A stretch of DNA of 31,090 nucleotides. It comes from a virus (lineage: Duplodnaviria; Heunggongvirae; Uroviricota; Caudoviricetes). How positions within the stretch are numbered: the stretch's first letter is position 1; every line of letters begins with the position of its first letter. The notes beneath the pieces were generated by a model. The model saw only the letters and a list, made by a program, of their open reading frames with translations. It made no database searches and had not been told where the DNA came from. Positions 10,298 through 19,374 of this stretch are shown one piece after another. Both the position numbers and the translations under genes were made by a program. The stretch lies in IMG/VR virus record IMGVR_UViG_3300028534_000019, positions 1-31,090 of that record. One strand, given 5' to 3'.

Positions 10298-11146
10298 ATG
10301 GCAGTTACAAGAATTACAGGGTCAAAATGGCTCGTAAAAGATAATATAGATGGTGCTAAAACAACGAATGCCGCTGGTGAAGGGCAAATTGCTGAAGCAA
10401 CAGTAAATACTTACAATATGGTTGATAAGGCTATAACACCCGCTAAAATTGATGAAACAGGTGATTATGACTTTAATAGTGTAACAACTGTTGCTGATGT
10501 TAATGTTGGTGGTGCCGCTAATGTTACAGGTAATTTAGCAGTTAATACTGATAAATTTACAGTTGATAGTACAAATGGTAATGTAGTTATTGCTGGTGAC
10601 CTTACAGTTAATGGTGATACAGTTACAGCTAATACTTCTACTTTAGATGTAGAAGATAAAAATATTACAGTTGCTAAAGGTGGTACAGCCGCTACTGCAA
10701 ATGGTGCTGGACTTACAGTTGAAATTACAGATGGTACAGATGGTTCTTTAGTTTATAAAGATACAAGTGCTTCTAAATTTGCTTTAGGTGAAATCGGTGC
10801 TGAAGATGATGTTGTAACAGCAACAGTTGTTCAAACTTTATCAGGTAAAACTTATGATTTAGTAGGTGACGATATTGTTGGTAAAGATAATGTAGAAGAT
10901 GCTCTTAGAGAACTTGCTGATGAAGTTGGTGGTAGTGATAATACACTTTATACTGATGCTAGTGCTGTTTCTGATAGTAAACTTACAATTTCAGGTTCAA
11001 CAGGAATTAAAGCAGTTTATGTTTCAGGTATCAGACTTGCTTTAGGTGATTCAAATGACTATACTGTTAATACAGATGGTGATGAAATTACTTTCGCTGA
11101 AAGCCCTTTTGCTGGTATGAATATAGTTGTTGATTATAAAGGTTAA
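10298..11146 (+). CDS. Fibre-like virion protein (282 aa)
   Basis: Contains GDLTVNGDTVTANTSTLDVEDKNI...ANGAGLTV, a fibre motif typical of T4-like phages, and the coiled segment NVEDALRELAD. It ends in a VYVSG...DY...ITF domain and is rich in preferred codons. Confidence 0.75.
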   Translation: MAVTRITGSKWLVKDNIDGAKTTNAAGEGQIAEATVNTYNMVDKAITPAKIDETGDYDFNSVTTVADVNVGGAANVTGNLAVNTDKFTVDSTNGNVVIAGDLTVNGDTVTANTSTLDVEDKNITVAKGGTAATANGAGLTVEITDGTDGSLVYKDTSASKFALGEIGAEDDVVTATVVQTLSGKTYDLVGDDIVGKDNVEDALRELADEVGGSDNTLYTDASAVSDSKLTISGSTGIKAVYVSGIRLALGDSNDYTVNTDGDEITFAESPFAGMNIVVDYKG

Positions 11147-11163
11147 TAAATAATTATACCAAA

Positions 11164-11189
11164 TAGATTAGGATTTTTATCCTAATCTA
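11164..11189. terminator. Stem-loop, probable intrinsic terminator
   Basis: Perfect 11-bp inverted repeat tagattaggat-tttt-atcctaatcta just after the stop of 10298..11146. Confidence 0.65.
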
Positions 11190-11211
11190 AATTCACTTAT
11201 AAAGGCATATA

Positions 11212-11778
11212 ATGCTTATTAAAAAACAAAATAAAATAGAAATAGATATTGACACTTTAAATATTGGTGCTTTACATAGATATAATATTTTATTCTACTC
11301 TCAAGAAGAACATAAATCAATACAAGAAACAATTTATCATAATAGAAATGCTATAAGTTTTTTATTAAAATCAATAGAAAATGGCTCTGAAAAACCAATT
11401 GAAATAGATGTTAATAAAATTAGAAAGAACTTAAAACAAAAATATAAAAAATTTACTATATCAAGAGATTATAATATAGGAAATGTATATACTTTTGGTG
11501 CTAATATTGAAGAAGATGATGAATATAAAATGTTAATTGTACCTGAAAAAAATGTTTATAAAAATCCCTATGCTTATATTAGATTTAGATATTATAAAAG
11601 AGATAAATTTTTTAATCTTTTTATTAACAAACTAATTATGGCTCTAAAAACATCAAAAATTTCTTTTGAACATAAAATAATAAAAATCAAAGGAACTAAT
11701 TACATTGAATTTTATACTACTAATCCATTTTCCAATGAGGCTTTTTGGGGTACACTTAAAGTATGGTCTTCACACTAA
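11212..11778 (+). CDS. Hypothetical basic protein (188 aa)
   Basis: Full-length ORF with AAAGG upstream; no family recognised. Confidence 0.6.
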   Translation: MLIKKQNKIEIDIDTLNIGALHRYNILFYSQEEHKSIQETIYHNRNAISFLLKSIENGSEKPIEIDVNKIRKNLKQKYKKFTISRDYNIGNVYTFGANIEEDDEYKMLIVPEKNVYKNPYAYIRFRYYKRDKFFNLFINKLIMALKTSKISFEHKIIKIKGTNYIEFYTTNPFSNEAFWGTLKVWSSH

Positions 11779-11795
11779 ATAATAAAAATATTATT

Positions 11796-11804
11796 TAATA
11801 AATA
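11796..11804 (+). promoter_or_regulatory. Possible late promoter variant (AATAAATA)
   Basis: One mismatch to consensus, at the usual distance from the GAGG RBS and ATG at 11825. Confidence 0.4.
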
Positions 11805-11824
11805 CTCATAAAGAGGATTATTAT

Positions 11825-12664
11825 ATGGCTAGAACTAAGATTAGAGAGTCACAAGTTTTAGATGAAGATTTTACTACTGAAGATGAATTAGAAGAAAGAT
11901 TTAATCAGCATAATGATGACAAACTACACCCTCCAAAAGCAACTGATAGTGATACATATCTTAAATTTGATGGTACTGATTATGTTTGGAGTACAGTTAG
12001 TTCTAGCTCATCTCTACCCGACCAAACAGACCAAGATGGGAAATATTTAAGAACAGATGGCTCAAATGCTTATTGGGATTCAGTTCAAACAACTGACCCT
12101 AATGATTTATTACCTGAACCTGATGATGAAAATATGATACTTAAATCTAATTCTGATAAAGAATGGGTTATGGTAAGGGCTGATGACCCTGAAGAAGGTT
12201 TAAAAGTTATTGCTTTACCTTATTATTGGGACGAAGAAAGACAAAAATTTTTAGATAATACAATGATAAGAGTTATATTTTATTCCGATACAACTAATGA
12301 AAAAAATAAATATATGAAATATGTACCTGAAATAAGATGTGATAGAATACCTTTTAATGTTTATCCAAATGAATCTTATTGTATTACTCAATTAGAATAT
12401 GCTACATCAGATGAAAATAATGGTGAAGTTATGGATATTAGAAATATAACAGAAACTAATGATGGTGGATGGGGTAGTAGTGCTACATATGAAAATATAT
12501 TCACTTTAGATATTGGTGATGATGATATAGCCCAATTATTTGTAGATGGTTTAGATTATACTATTGATGAAGGTGACGGTTTAGGTGTTTATATAAAAGG
12601 TACTAGTTTAGACAATCCTGTTTTAATAGTTGGATTAAGAAAAATTTGGATACCTGAGGATTAA
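11825..12664 (+). CDS. Fibre-like virion protein (279 aa)
   Basis: Fibre repeats YLKFDGTDYVW and LPDQTDQDGKYLRTDGSNAYW. The N-terminal TKIRESQ...EERFNQH module is shared with 20704..21081. Confidence 0.7.
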   Translation: MARTKIRESQVLDEDFTTEDELEERFNQHNDDKLHPPKATDSDTYLKFDGTDYVWSTVSSSSSLPDQTDQDGKYLRTDGSNAYWDSVQTTDPNDLLPEPDDENMILKSNSDKEWVMVRADDPEEGLKVIALPYYWDEERQKFLDNTMIRVIFYSDTTNEKNKYMKYVPEIRCDRIPFNVYPNESYCITQLEYATSDENNGEVMDIRNITETNDGGWGSSATYENIFTLDIGDDDIAQLFVDGLDYTIDEGDGLGVYIKGTSLDNPVLIVGLRKIWIPED

Positions 12665-12673
12665 GGATAGAAA

Positions 12674-15043
12674 ATGTATATAAAAAATATAACAGATGAA
12701 GAAATAGTAGTAGCCGGTTTAGGGTTTGAAGTAAATGAAAAAAGATTATTAACAGAAGTTGGTACATCTAGTGAAATAGAAAAATATGCAGAAGAAATTT
12801 TATATTATTTTAACAATTCAATGATAGAAATACTATACCCTGATGAAACAAAATTAACAAATTCTTATAGATTATTAAAATTATTATCAGGTGTAAATTC
12901 GGAAGTATCTATTGTAAATATATCAGAATTTGAAGAAGCATTAAAAAGCCCTGAAGAACAAAGAACAAATGACTATTATTATAATAATTATCAATTAAAT
13001 TTAGATAAAGCACAATCAGTAGATTTAGAATTTAAGGGTTATTTAAAATCAGCAACTTTAAGAGTTTTTTCAGGTAAAATTTCAGCACAAATTATTAGTG
13101 AACCTATGAATAAAGTGGTAGTTGAAGAACAGAATGTTTTTGAGATGGACACTGATAATAAATTATTAAATCCTATTATGAGATTAACAGCAGTTACAAA
13201 AGTAACAGCATCTATTTTTGTAGATGGTTCTTATTATGATGAAACAGGTAAAAAGACAAAAGCACAATATCTTGATGAAATATATAATAGAAATACATTA
13301 CCAAAACCAACTTATACAGAAGATAAAGTTATGGATTTTAGTATTGATTTTAGAAATCAAGACTTAATTTCAGGAACAGTAATAGAAGATGTTAATAAGT
13401 ACAATGGAACAGCTAAAGGTTTTATTGAAGATTCAGAAACATTATGGACAAAAACATCGTGTGTTGAATTTAATTCAGCTATGGGTATTAGTAAAGATGA
13501 AGAGTTTACACACTCTATATTCTTAAAACCTATAAAAGGTGCTAGATGGACACAATATTTTCTTGCTAATGGGCAGATAAAAATATGGGTTTCTACATCA
13601 GGTAGAATATATGTTTGGGTTTTAGGTAAAGGTGCTTATATAGGTTATGTTACTTATGATATTTGGAATCACATACTTATTACATATAATAAAGAAAAAG
13701 TAAACATATATCTAAATACTAATTTTGCTTATTCATTACCAAAACCAACAAGAAATTATACTCTTAATAAACTTGAAATAGGTAACTATTCTATATCAAA
13801 TTTAAGATATGGTTTTATTGGAGAAATAGGAAGAATTAGCTCATATAATTATTTTTTCAGTGAAGGTATGGTATATCATTTATATAAAATGAACCACCCA
13901 AATAATGAAGTTAATACAAATATGGTAGAGTATGTAAATTCAAAATATTTTAAGTTAGATGATTTAGATGAAACACCAATTACAAAAAAATTCCATTTTG
14001 ATATTTTAGAAAAAGAATATAGAAAAATAGAAAATGTTATATATAAAGAAAAAATTAATAAAATAGATTTTACAGAATCAGATTTTTATACTTCTGAACT
14101 ATCTAATTATTTTGTTGTTAATGAAGGTATATTCAGTACAATAGAAAATTCATATTATACTTTTAAATTAGAAAGTAATCAATATGCTATATTAACAATA
14201 GATGATAGAGAAGTAGCTATTACAAGTGATAATAATGGAGAGGGTAGTATTTATTTACCTGAGGGAAAACATAAATTCAAACATATATCTGTTTCATTTA
14301 ATGATAACTCTTATTTTTATTGTAAAATCTATGATGATGTTAATCAAGATTGGATATTTTTTAATTTATATCAGAATGATATTGATGATGAAAGTTCAAA
14401 TGAAGAAGATATAACAAAATTAATAACAATTAAAGATGGTGTTTTTAATATTGATAATATTGATGGTTCTATATTAGATACAAATAATTCTGATTTAGTA
14501 GAATATGATGGTTACAAAATGTTACAGTATAAAGGTGATAATTATAGTTTTATTAAAGGTTTATCTGAAATTATGAAATCAAATATATTCAGTATATCAT
14601 TTATATTAAAAATAAATACTGATAGAGAATGTTATTTATTTACTATGGGTGGAGATGAGCAAGATTGGCAAATTTGGTTAGGTTTAAGATATGTAAACAG
14701 AAGCCTTGAATTAAATTTTAATGATAAAAGAGTAAAAAGTGATAAAATTAAAACTAATACTTATTATCAAATAGATATAGTTTCAAATGGTACAGATGTT
14801 AATCTTGTTATAAATGCTAAAGAAGATAATAAAAAAATAACAATAAGTGATAATGATTGGTTTGAGGGAGATAACTTATATTTTAATAGGCTACCAAATG
14901 GTGCAACTCATACTTGGATGAAATCAGATTTTGAAATAGATAATTTTAATTATTACTCTATAACAAAAAATAAAGAAAATTTAGAAAATAGTTTTATAGA
15001 AAATTCTAAAATATATGATTTTTCTTATATTTTTTCTAAATAA
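12674..15043 (+). CDS. Multi-lectin virion protein (789 aa): two LamG/ConA-like domains and a PA14-like domain
   Basis: LamG motifs (WNHILITYNKEKVNIYLN...LEIGNY...FIGEIGRISSYN, plus a second copy near the C-terminus). PA14-like YTFKLESNQYAILTIDDREV...GSIYLPEGKHKF. Confidence 0.7.
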   Translation: MYIKNITDEEIVVAGLGFEVNEKRLLTEVGTSSEIEKYAEEILYYFNNSMIEILYPDETKLTNSYRLLKLLSGVNSEVSIVNISEFEEALKSPEEQRTNDYYYNNYQLNLDKAQSVDLEFKGYLKSATLRVFSGKISAQIISEPMNKVVVEEQNVFEMDTDNKLLNPIMRLTAVTKVTASIFVDGSYYDETGKKTKAQYLDEIYNRNTLPKPTYTEDKVMDFSIDFRNQDLISGTVIEDVNKYNGTAKGFIEDSETLWTKTSCVEFNSAMGISKDEEFTHSIFLKPIKGARWTQYFLANGQIKIWVSTSGRIYVWVLGKGAYIGYVTYDIWNHILITYNKEKVNIYLNTNFAYSLPKPTRNYTLNKLEIGNYSISNLRYGFIGEIGRISSYNYFFSEGMVYHLYKMNHPNNEVNTNMVEYVNSKYFKLDDLDETPITKKFHFDILEKEYRKIENVIYKEKINKIDFTESDFYTSELSNYFVVNEGIFSTIENSYYTFKLESNQYAILTIDDREVAITSDNNGEGSIYLPEGKHKFKHISVSFNDNSYFYCKIYDDVNQDWIFFNLYQNDIDDESSNEEDITKLITIKDGVFNIDNIDGSILDTNNSDLVEYDGYKMLQYKGDNYSFIKGLSEIMKSNIFSISFILKINTDRECYLFTMGGDEQDWQIWLGLRYVNRSLELNFNDKRVKSDKIKTNTYYQIDIVSNGTDVNLVINAKEDNKKITISDNDWFEGDNLYFNRLPNGATHTWMKSDFEIDNFNYYSITKNKENLENSFIENSKIYDFSYIFSK

Positions 15044-15054
15044 TAGGAGATAAT

Positions 15055-15672
15055 ATGCCGGCTACAATAACAAGAGTTCATAGAGATGGAACAAAGAAGA
15101 TATATAGCACACCATCATTTGATGGCACTTTTTTATATTTTACAAGTTCAGGTGATAATTTAGAAACAAGAGAAATAGGTAATGGACAAAAATTAGCTAT
15201 TTCTAATGAAGATGAAGAACAAAGTAAAATAGTAGAGTGTTCTTTTTTAGAAGATGTTTATTTAAAAGATGGTTTTGCTTTTTGGGAAAATGCTATTTTT
15301 GGTGATGAAATAACACTTGAAGTTGTATTACCAGCTAATACACCTATGATAGCACAAGAAGATAATGGAAATGCTGATTTAATAGATGGTGAAGTACAAT
15401 ATATAACATCTTCAGAAGCACCTGATGAAACTTGGGTAGGTAATTATTTCTTATTTCCTGTTGATTATATTGTTAATAGATTTGTTAATAAAGTGAATAT
15501 TTTAGGAACTAATTATGTTGGACTTATATTAGAAAGTAGTGATATAGCATTAATCCCTGATATTTTTAAGTTTAGATTTACTTATAATAATTCTAATGGC
15601 TCAACAAATAAAAATATAAAAGTTTCTATTGTATTAGAACTTTATAGAAAACACACTGTCGGAGTATTATAA
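15055..15672 (+). CDS. Hypothetical phage protein (205 aa), probably structural
   Basis: AGGAG RBS, acidic beta-rich composition, and position in the late operon. Confidence 0.65.
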   Translation: MPATITRVHRDGTKKIYSTPSFDGTFLYFTSSGDNLETREIGNGQKLAISNEDEEQSKIVECSFLEDVYLKDGFAFWENAIFGDEITLEVVLPANTPMIAQEDNGNADLIDGEVQYITSSEAPDETWVGNYFLFPVDYIVNRFVNKVNILGTNYVGLILESSDIALIPDIFKFRFTYNNSNGSTNKNIKVSIVLELYRKHTVGVL

Positions 15673-15890
15673 TGAAATTTATAGAAATAGAAAATGAATT
15701 AGTTAATTTAGAATTAGTTCAAAAAATTTATAAAAGTTATCAAAATCAAAAACCTGTAATAGTATTAGTTCAAAACAATGGCTCAACTATTTTACCTTTT
15801 GAAGAAATACAAAAAAGAGATGATGGATTTGAAACATTTAGAAATATGTTAATTAAAGATAGATTTTCTAAATATTTAGATAAAATTTAG
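15672..15890 (+). CDS. Small hypothetical protein (72 aa)
   Basis: Coupled to the upstream gene by a TAATG overlap. Confidence 0.6.
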   Translation: MKFIEIENELVNLELVQKIYKSYQNQKPVIVLVQNNGSTILPFEEIQKRDDGFETFRNMLIKDRFSKYLDKI

Positions 15891-15907
15891 GTTTAGGTTG
15901 ATATAAT

Positions 15908-16264
15908 ATGAAATATGAGGATATAATTGTAACACCTCTTCATTCTGATAGGTTTAAATTAATTAATTCTATTGTATATAAAGACATTGTAGTACCTGCT
16001 GGGTATTGTACTAATGGTGCTAATATACCTCGCCTATTTTGGGCTATATGGCCGCCTAATAGAAGTGATTATCTACCTGCTGTTATAGTACACGATTATC
16101 TTTGTGATAAGGAAGAATATGAAAAGGCTGATGAGTATTTTTTAGAAATAATGACTGATTTAAAAGTCAAAAAAAGTACAAGAACTATTTTTCATAGGAG
16201 TGTTAGATTTTATCATTGGATGTTTTATACTATCCCTTATAAATATTTTAAAAAGGAGATGTAA
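15908..16264 (+). CDS. DUF1353-family protein
   Basis: Signature VPAGYCTNGANIPRLFW...PP...AVIVHDYLC...ADEYFLEIM matches the DUF1353 pattern (VP.GF.TD.ASIPR..W...HD.LY...AD..F). Confidence 0.85.
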   Translation: MKYEDIIVTPLHSDRFKLINSIVYKDIVVPAGYCTNGANIPRLFWAIWPPNRSDYLPAVIVHDYLCDKEEYEKADEYFLEIMTDLKVKKSTRTIFHRSVRFYHWMFYTIPYKYFKKEM

Positions 16265-16596
16265 TGAAGTTATACTTAAATGAGCCTTATTTTTGTTCAT
16301 TACATCTTAGAAAAAGAGGGGTTGGATTAACAGGTTTACAACCAACACTTCAGATAATGAGAAATTCTGATAATAAATTTCTAAATATCACAAATTCTGA
16401 TTTTGAAGATACACCTGAAGATATAGATTTGAATGAAATTCAATCAGGTGTGTATAATTTTAAATTAGAAATAAAACAATATAATAGGTTTCCTGATAGT
16501 TATACAATATTTTATAATGTTGAAATAAATGGTATTAATTATTCAAATTCAGAAGTTATATATTTTGAAAATAAAAATAGGGCTAAATTAGTTTAA
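16264..16596 (+). CDS. Hypothetical single beta-sandwich-like protein (110 aa)
   Basis: TAATG coupling and an AGGAG RBS. The LTGLQPTLQI...EIQSGVYNF motif resembles the Ig-like units of 8562..9692 and 9694..10230. Confidence 0.6.
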   Translation: MKLYLNEPYFCSLHLRKRGVGLTGLQPTLQIMRNSDNKFLNITNSDFEDTPEDIDLNEIQSGVYNFKLEIKQYNRFPDSYTIFYNVEINGINYSNSEVIYFENKNRAKLV

Positions 16597-16611
16597 ACAA
16601 AGGGGTAAAAA

Positions 16612-16827
16612 ATGGGTAATCTAAATAATCTTAAAAAATGTAAAAATTGCTTTTATTTCACATCAAAAGCATCAGTCGCAGGTATCTGTAAAAGAGATAA
16701 TAAAATAGTAATGAAAAATAGTAGTTGTGAGTTTTTTAAAGAAATTCCAAAACAGAATGAAAATACTTCTATTAAGAAATATAAAAAAATAATTATAAGA
16801 GATGGTAAAAAAATATTTATTGATTAA
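16612..16827 (+). CDS. Small Cys-rich, probably metal-binding protein (71 aa)
   Basis: CKNC...C...C four-cysteine pattern with an AAGGGG RBS. Confidence 0.6.
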   Translation: MGNLNNLKKCKNCFYFTSKASVAGICKRDNKIVMKNSSCEFFKEIPKQNENTSIKKYKKIIIRDGKKIFID

Positions 16828-16851
16828 TTTATTATTTCAATAAAAAATATT

Positions 16852-16875
16852 AAAATTAGGGTTTCCCCTAATTTT
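16852..16875. terminator. Bidirectional intrinsic terminator between convergent genes
   Basis: aaaattaggg-tttc-ccctaatttt, with A/T tracts on both sides. Confidence 0.8.
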
Positions 16876-16889
16876 TTATCTACTAGCTA

Positions 16890-18092
16890 TTATGCTTTGT
16901 AGATTTTGTAAGTTAAAACATCACCTATTTCAATAGGGAAGTTAAAAGTTACCTCAGTTGTACTAGACTCAGCATAGTCACCGTTTCCAGCACCACCAGC
17001 AATAGCATCAGATACTACTTGTTGTCCATTTACATATAAATCCATAGCGTCTTTATCATCATTTTTGTAAGTTTTACTATCAGGTAAAGTATGAGCAGTA
17101 CCCTCAGCAATACTTTCAGTCATAATCTCAATAACTTTATCAGCACTTGCATTAGCAATAGCATCTTCATTAGTTTTGATTTGAGCATCTAGTTTTTCTA
17201 AAGCACTGTAATATGAATCATCATCAGCTAAATAATTAGCACCATCAGTAGCAAAAGTTGTAGCAAAAGTATCAGAAGTAACACCTGTAACTGTTCCAAT
17301 GTTGTTAGTATATTTAATATCAGCACCATCTTTATCAGCTAATTTATTGATTGTTGCAGTTAAATCTTCATTTTCTACAAAACCATAAATTGGGTTTCCA
17401 TCTTTATCATTTACATCAGTATAAACTCTATCACCAATTTCAAAAGCACCTACTTTATCAGCAAAACCAGCATTAACCATAGCAAAATTTTCATTAGCAT
17501 CAGCTAAAGAAGTTCTTGATGGTAAAAGTGCTTCAATATCACCTGTTACATTAACCGCCTCAGCAGTACCATCATTATCAGTATAGAAAGTTAGTTTAAC
17601 TTTATCATTACCATCATTAGAAGCAATAGCAAAAATTTGTCTTTCATTAGCGTCTAATATAGGCATATTAGTTGCTTTATCTCTTAAAAATACTTTTGCT
17701 TTAGAATCTACACTTGCTGGGTCACTATCATCTATTACATAACCTAAGTCCTCTGTATTAGTAGTGTTAGTTAAGCCCGCAGGAGCATCTAAATCTGTTA
17801 CAAGGTCTGCCGAAGCATTAAGACCAGTAGCACTGTATTGTACCGGTTGAAAGATAAGTTTGTTTGAAGTTCCTGCTACATCAGCAAGTGTTACTTGTGG
17901 TTTATCTGACCAAAGTGTTTCTCCTGTAATGTCAAGAATCATACTTCTAACATTGTTTAAATCTTCTTCTAAATAAGAAGCACTTGTAACAACATTATTT
18001 CTATCTGAATTATCTGTTCCTAAATCTACATCTGATTGTGACACACTAGCTCTGATTTGAGTTGCTTGTCTTAATAGTGATTTAATAGCCAT
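16890..18092 (-). CDS. Fibre/whisker-like virion protein (400 aa)
   Basis: Strong GGGAGG RBS and a late promoter. It has coiled segments (YLEEDLNNVRSMI, SALEKLDAQIK) and a C-terminal LYVNGQ...DY...VTF domain shared with 10298..11146. Confidence 0.7.
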   Translation of the reverse strand: MAIKSLLRQATQIRASVSQSDVDLGTDNSDRNNVVTSASYLEEDLNNVRSMILDITGETLWSDKPQVTLADVAGTSNKLIFQPVQYSATGLNASADLVTDLDAPAGLTNTTNTEDLGYVIDDSDPASVDSKAKVFLRDKATNMPILDANERQIFAIASNDGNDKVKLTFYTDNDGTAEAVNVTGDIEALLPSRTSLADANENFAMVNAGFADKVGAFEIGDRVYTDVNDKDGNPIYGFVENEDLTATINKLADKDGADIKYTNNIGTVTGVTSDTFATTFATDGANYLADDDSYYSALEKLDAQIKTNEDAIANASADKVIEIMTESIAEGTAHTLPDSKTYKNDDKDAMDLYVNGQQVVSDAIAGGAGNGDYAESSTTEVTFNFPIEIGDVLTYKIYKA

Positions 18093-18160
18093 TTTATTCC
18101 TCCCGTCTTATTTTAAAGACTTGAATTGTTTAAGTTGGTAAGGGTATCCTTACTCTACTG

Positions 18161-18168
18161 TATTTATA
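18161..18168 (-). promoter_or_regulatory. T4-type late promoter TATAAATA (minus strand) with a hairpin leader
   Basis: tatttata on the + strand, with a gtaagg/ccttac hairpin at 18138-18153 before the RBS. Confidence 0.8.
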
Positions 18169-18176
18169 AAGGCTTT

Positions 18177-18782
18177 TTATATAGTATATCTTAGTGTTTT
18201 TTCATCTAAATGTAATTTTCTCATAGTTACCTCATCAGTAACTTGTGTATGTTCTATATCATAACCTAAATTAAACATACTATCTTTATATGTATAATTA
18301 TTTATAATTTTTGTAATAATATCAAAAGGTACTGTTTTTATATTATTTTTACTTATATAATTCTCTATAAAATCTATAACAGCCTTTCTTAGTATCATTA
18401 GGTCGGCTCTTGCTAACATATACTCTCTTTTTTGTTTTCTTATAAAAAACTTAATGTTAAATAATGTTTCTTCTTCATCTTTTGATAAAAAATCCCATTC
18501 TTCAATATCTAATTCTTTATATTTATAAATATCTTTTAAATCTAGTTTAGATAGATATTTTCTTTTAATACTTTCATAATAATCTTTTAATGTTTTAATA
18601 GAACTTTCTAATTTAATTACAATAGCTATACCCTGTTCATCATATGCTATTGTATCCATTAACATTTCTAATATTTTTTCATCTTCAATTTCAAGACCAT
18701 CTTTAATAGCCTCATATCTCATTTTTAAATCATTAGTAGTTATTCTAGGTGGTTTTGCTTCTTTCATTTTGTAAGAACTCAT
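18177..18782 (-). CDS. Hypothetical protein (201 aa; start re-called from 18980 to 18782)
   Basis: The ATG at 18782 has an AAAGG RBS and a late promoter at 18811-18818. The longer version of the ORF would overlap the lipoprotein gene in antisense. Confidence 0.65.
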   Translation of the reverse strand: MSSYKMKEAKPPRITTNDLKMRYEAIKDGLEIEDEKILEMLMDTIAYDEQGIAIVIKLESSIKTLKDYYESIKRKYLSKLDLKDIYKYKELDIEEWDFLSKDEEETLFNIKFFIRKQKREYMLARADLMILRKAVIDFIENYISKNNIKTVPFDIITKIINNYTYKDSMFNLGYDIEHTQVTDEVTMRKLHLDEKTLRYTI

Positions 18783-18810
18783 TTTTAGCCTTTTTATTAG
18801 TATTTTAAAG

Positions 18811-18818
18811 TATTTATA
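18811..18818 (-). promoter_or_regulatory. T4-type late promoter TATAAATA (minus strand)
   Basis: tatttata about 30 nt upstream of the ATG at 18782. Confidence 0.7.
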
Positions 18819-18837
18819 AGTTTTATTAGTATATAAT
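18816..18837 (+). promoter_or_regulatory. Host RpoD-type early promoter ATAAG-N11-TATAAT
   Basis: Same 11-nt spacing as the promoters at 19324, 21093 and 26511; it precedes the lipoprotein gene. Confidence 0.6.
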
Positions 18838-18867
18838 GTCATCACATAAACATAAAAAGGATAAAAA

Positions 18868-19122
18868 ATGAAAAAAATAGTATTAGGATTATCAGTATTA
18901 TTTGTTGTATTTGGATTATCAGGTTGTACTGATGCTTCAAAAGCAAAACAAGCATTAAGGTCACAAGGGTTTACAAACATTGAAATTACAGGATATGAAT
19001 TTTTTGAATGTGGTGAAGATGACCAATTTCATACAGGTTTTAAAGCAACTAATCCAAATGGTGTTAGAATTAAAGGAACTGTATGTTCAGGCATATTAAA
19101 AGGCGCTACAATTAGATATTAG
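18868..19122 (+). CDS. Small phage lipoprotein (84 aa)
   Basis: Basic and hydrophobic signal peptide with an LSGC lipobox. The mature part (GFTNIEITGYEFFECGEDDQFHTGFKAT...GTVCSG) matches a widespread phage lipoprotein pattern I recall. Confidence 0.85.
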   Translation: MKKIVLGLSVLFVVFGLSGCTDASKAKQALRSQGFTNIEITGYEFFECGEDDQFHTGFKATNPNGVRIKGTVCSGILKGATIRY

Positions 19123-19163
19123 TATCTAAAAAAATCTAAATAAATATTAAAAAGGAGATTATT

Positions 19164-19316
19164 ATGAAAAAACATAGTATGGTTAGAATGAAAACACATA
19201 TCAAAAAAATTAAAGAGGAATGTTCAGATATTACAACTGAATGTATAGAAAAATATTGCTTAGAAAAATCTGTTAGTGATGAAATGAAAAATAGAATAAT
19301 TAAGTATTTTTCTTAA
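19164..19316 (+). CDS. Small hypothetical protein (50 aa), missing from the ORF track
   Basis: AAGGAG RBS, then MKKHSMVRMKTHIKKIKEECSDITTECIEKYCLEKSVSDEMKNRIIKYFS*. Confidence 0.6.
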   Translation: MKKHSMVRMKTHIKKIKEECSDITTECIEKYCLEKSVSDEMKNRIIKYFS

Positions 19317-19323
19317 TATTATT

Positions 19324-19345
19324 TTAAGTATTAAATTGCTATAAT
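19324..19345 (+). promoter_or_regulatory. Host RpoD-type early promoter TTAAG-N11-TATAAT with extended -10 (TGn)
   Basis: ttttaagtattaaattgctataat, which includes the TTTAAGTnTT element described for Campylobacter promoters. Confidence 0.7.
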
Positions 19346-19374
19346 TTTACCATAAAACATAAAAAGGATTTAAA

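Noticed and set aside
14226-14414. 62-aa plus-strand ORF
   Set aside because: It is out of frame inside 12674..15043; its Met/Ile richness reflects shifted GAT/AAT codons.
15672-15890. MKFIEIENE as a sixth capsid-targeting sequence
   Set aside because: It lacks the hydrophobic-x-E at position 10 in register, so the match is much weaker than for the other five.
15886-15907. TTTAG-N11-TATAAT as a promoter for the DUF1353 gene
   Set aside because: The ATG follows the -10 box immediately, leaving no room for a start site upstream of the codon, and the upstream element deviates.
18783-18980. N-terminal extension of the minus-strand ORF to 18980
   Set aside because: It overlaps the lipoprotein gene in antisense, and a better start with RBS and late promoter exists at 18782.
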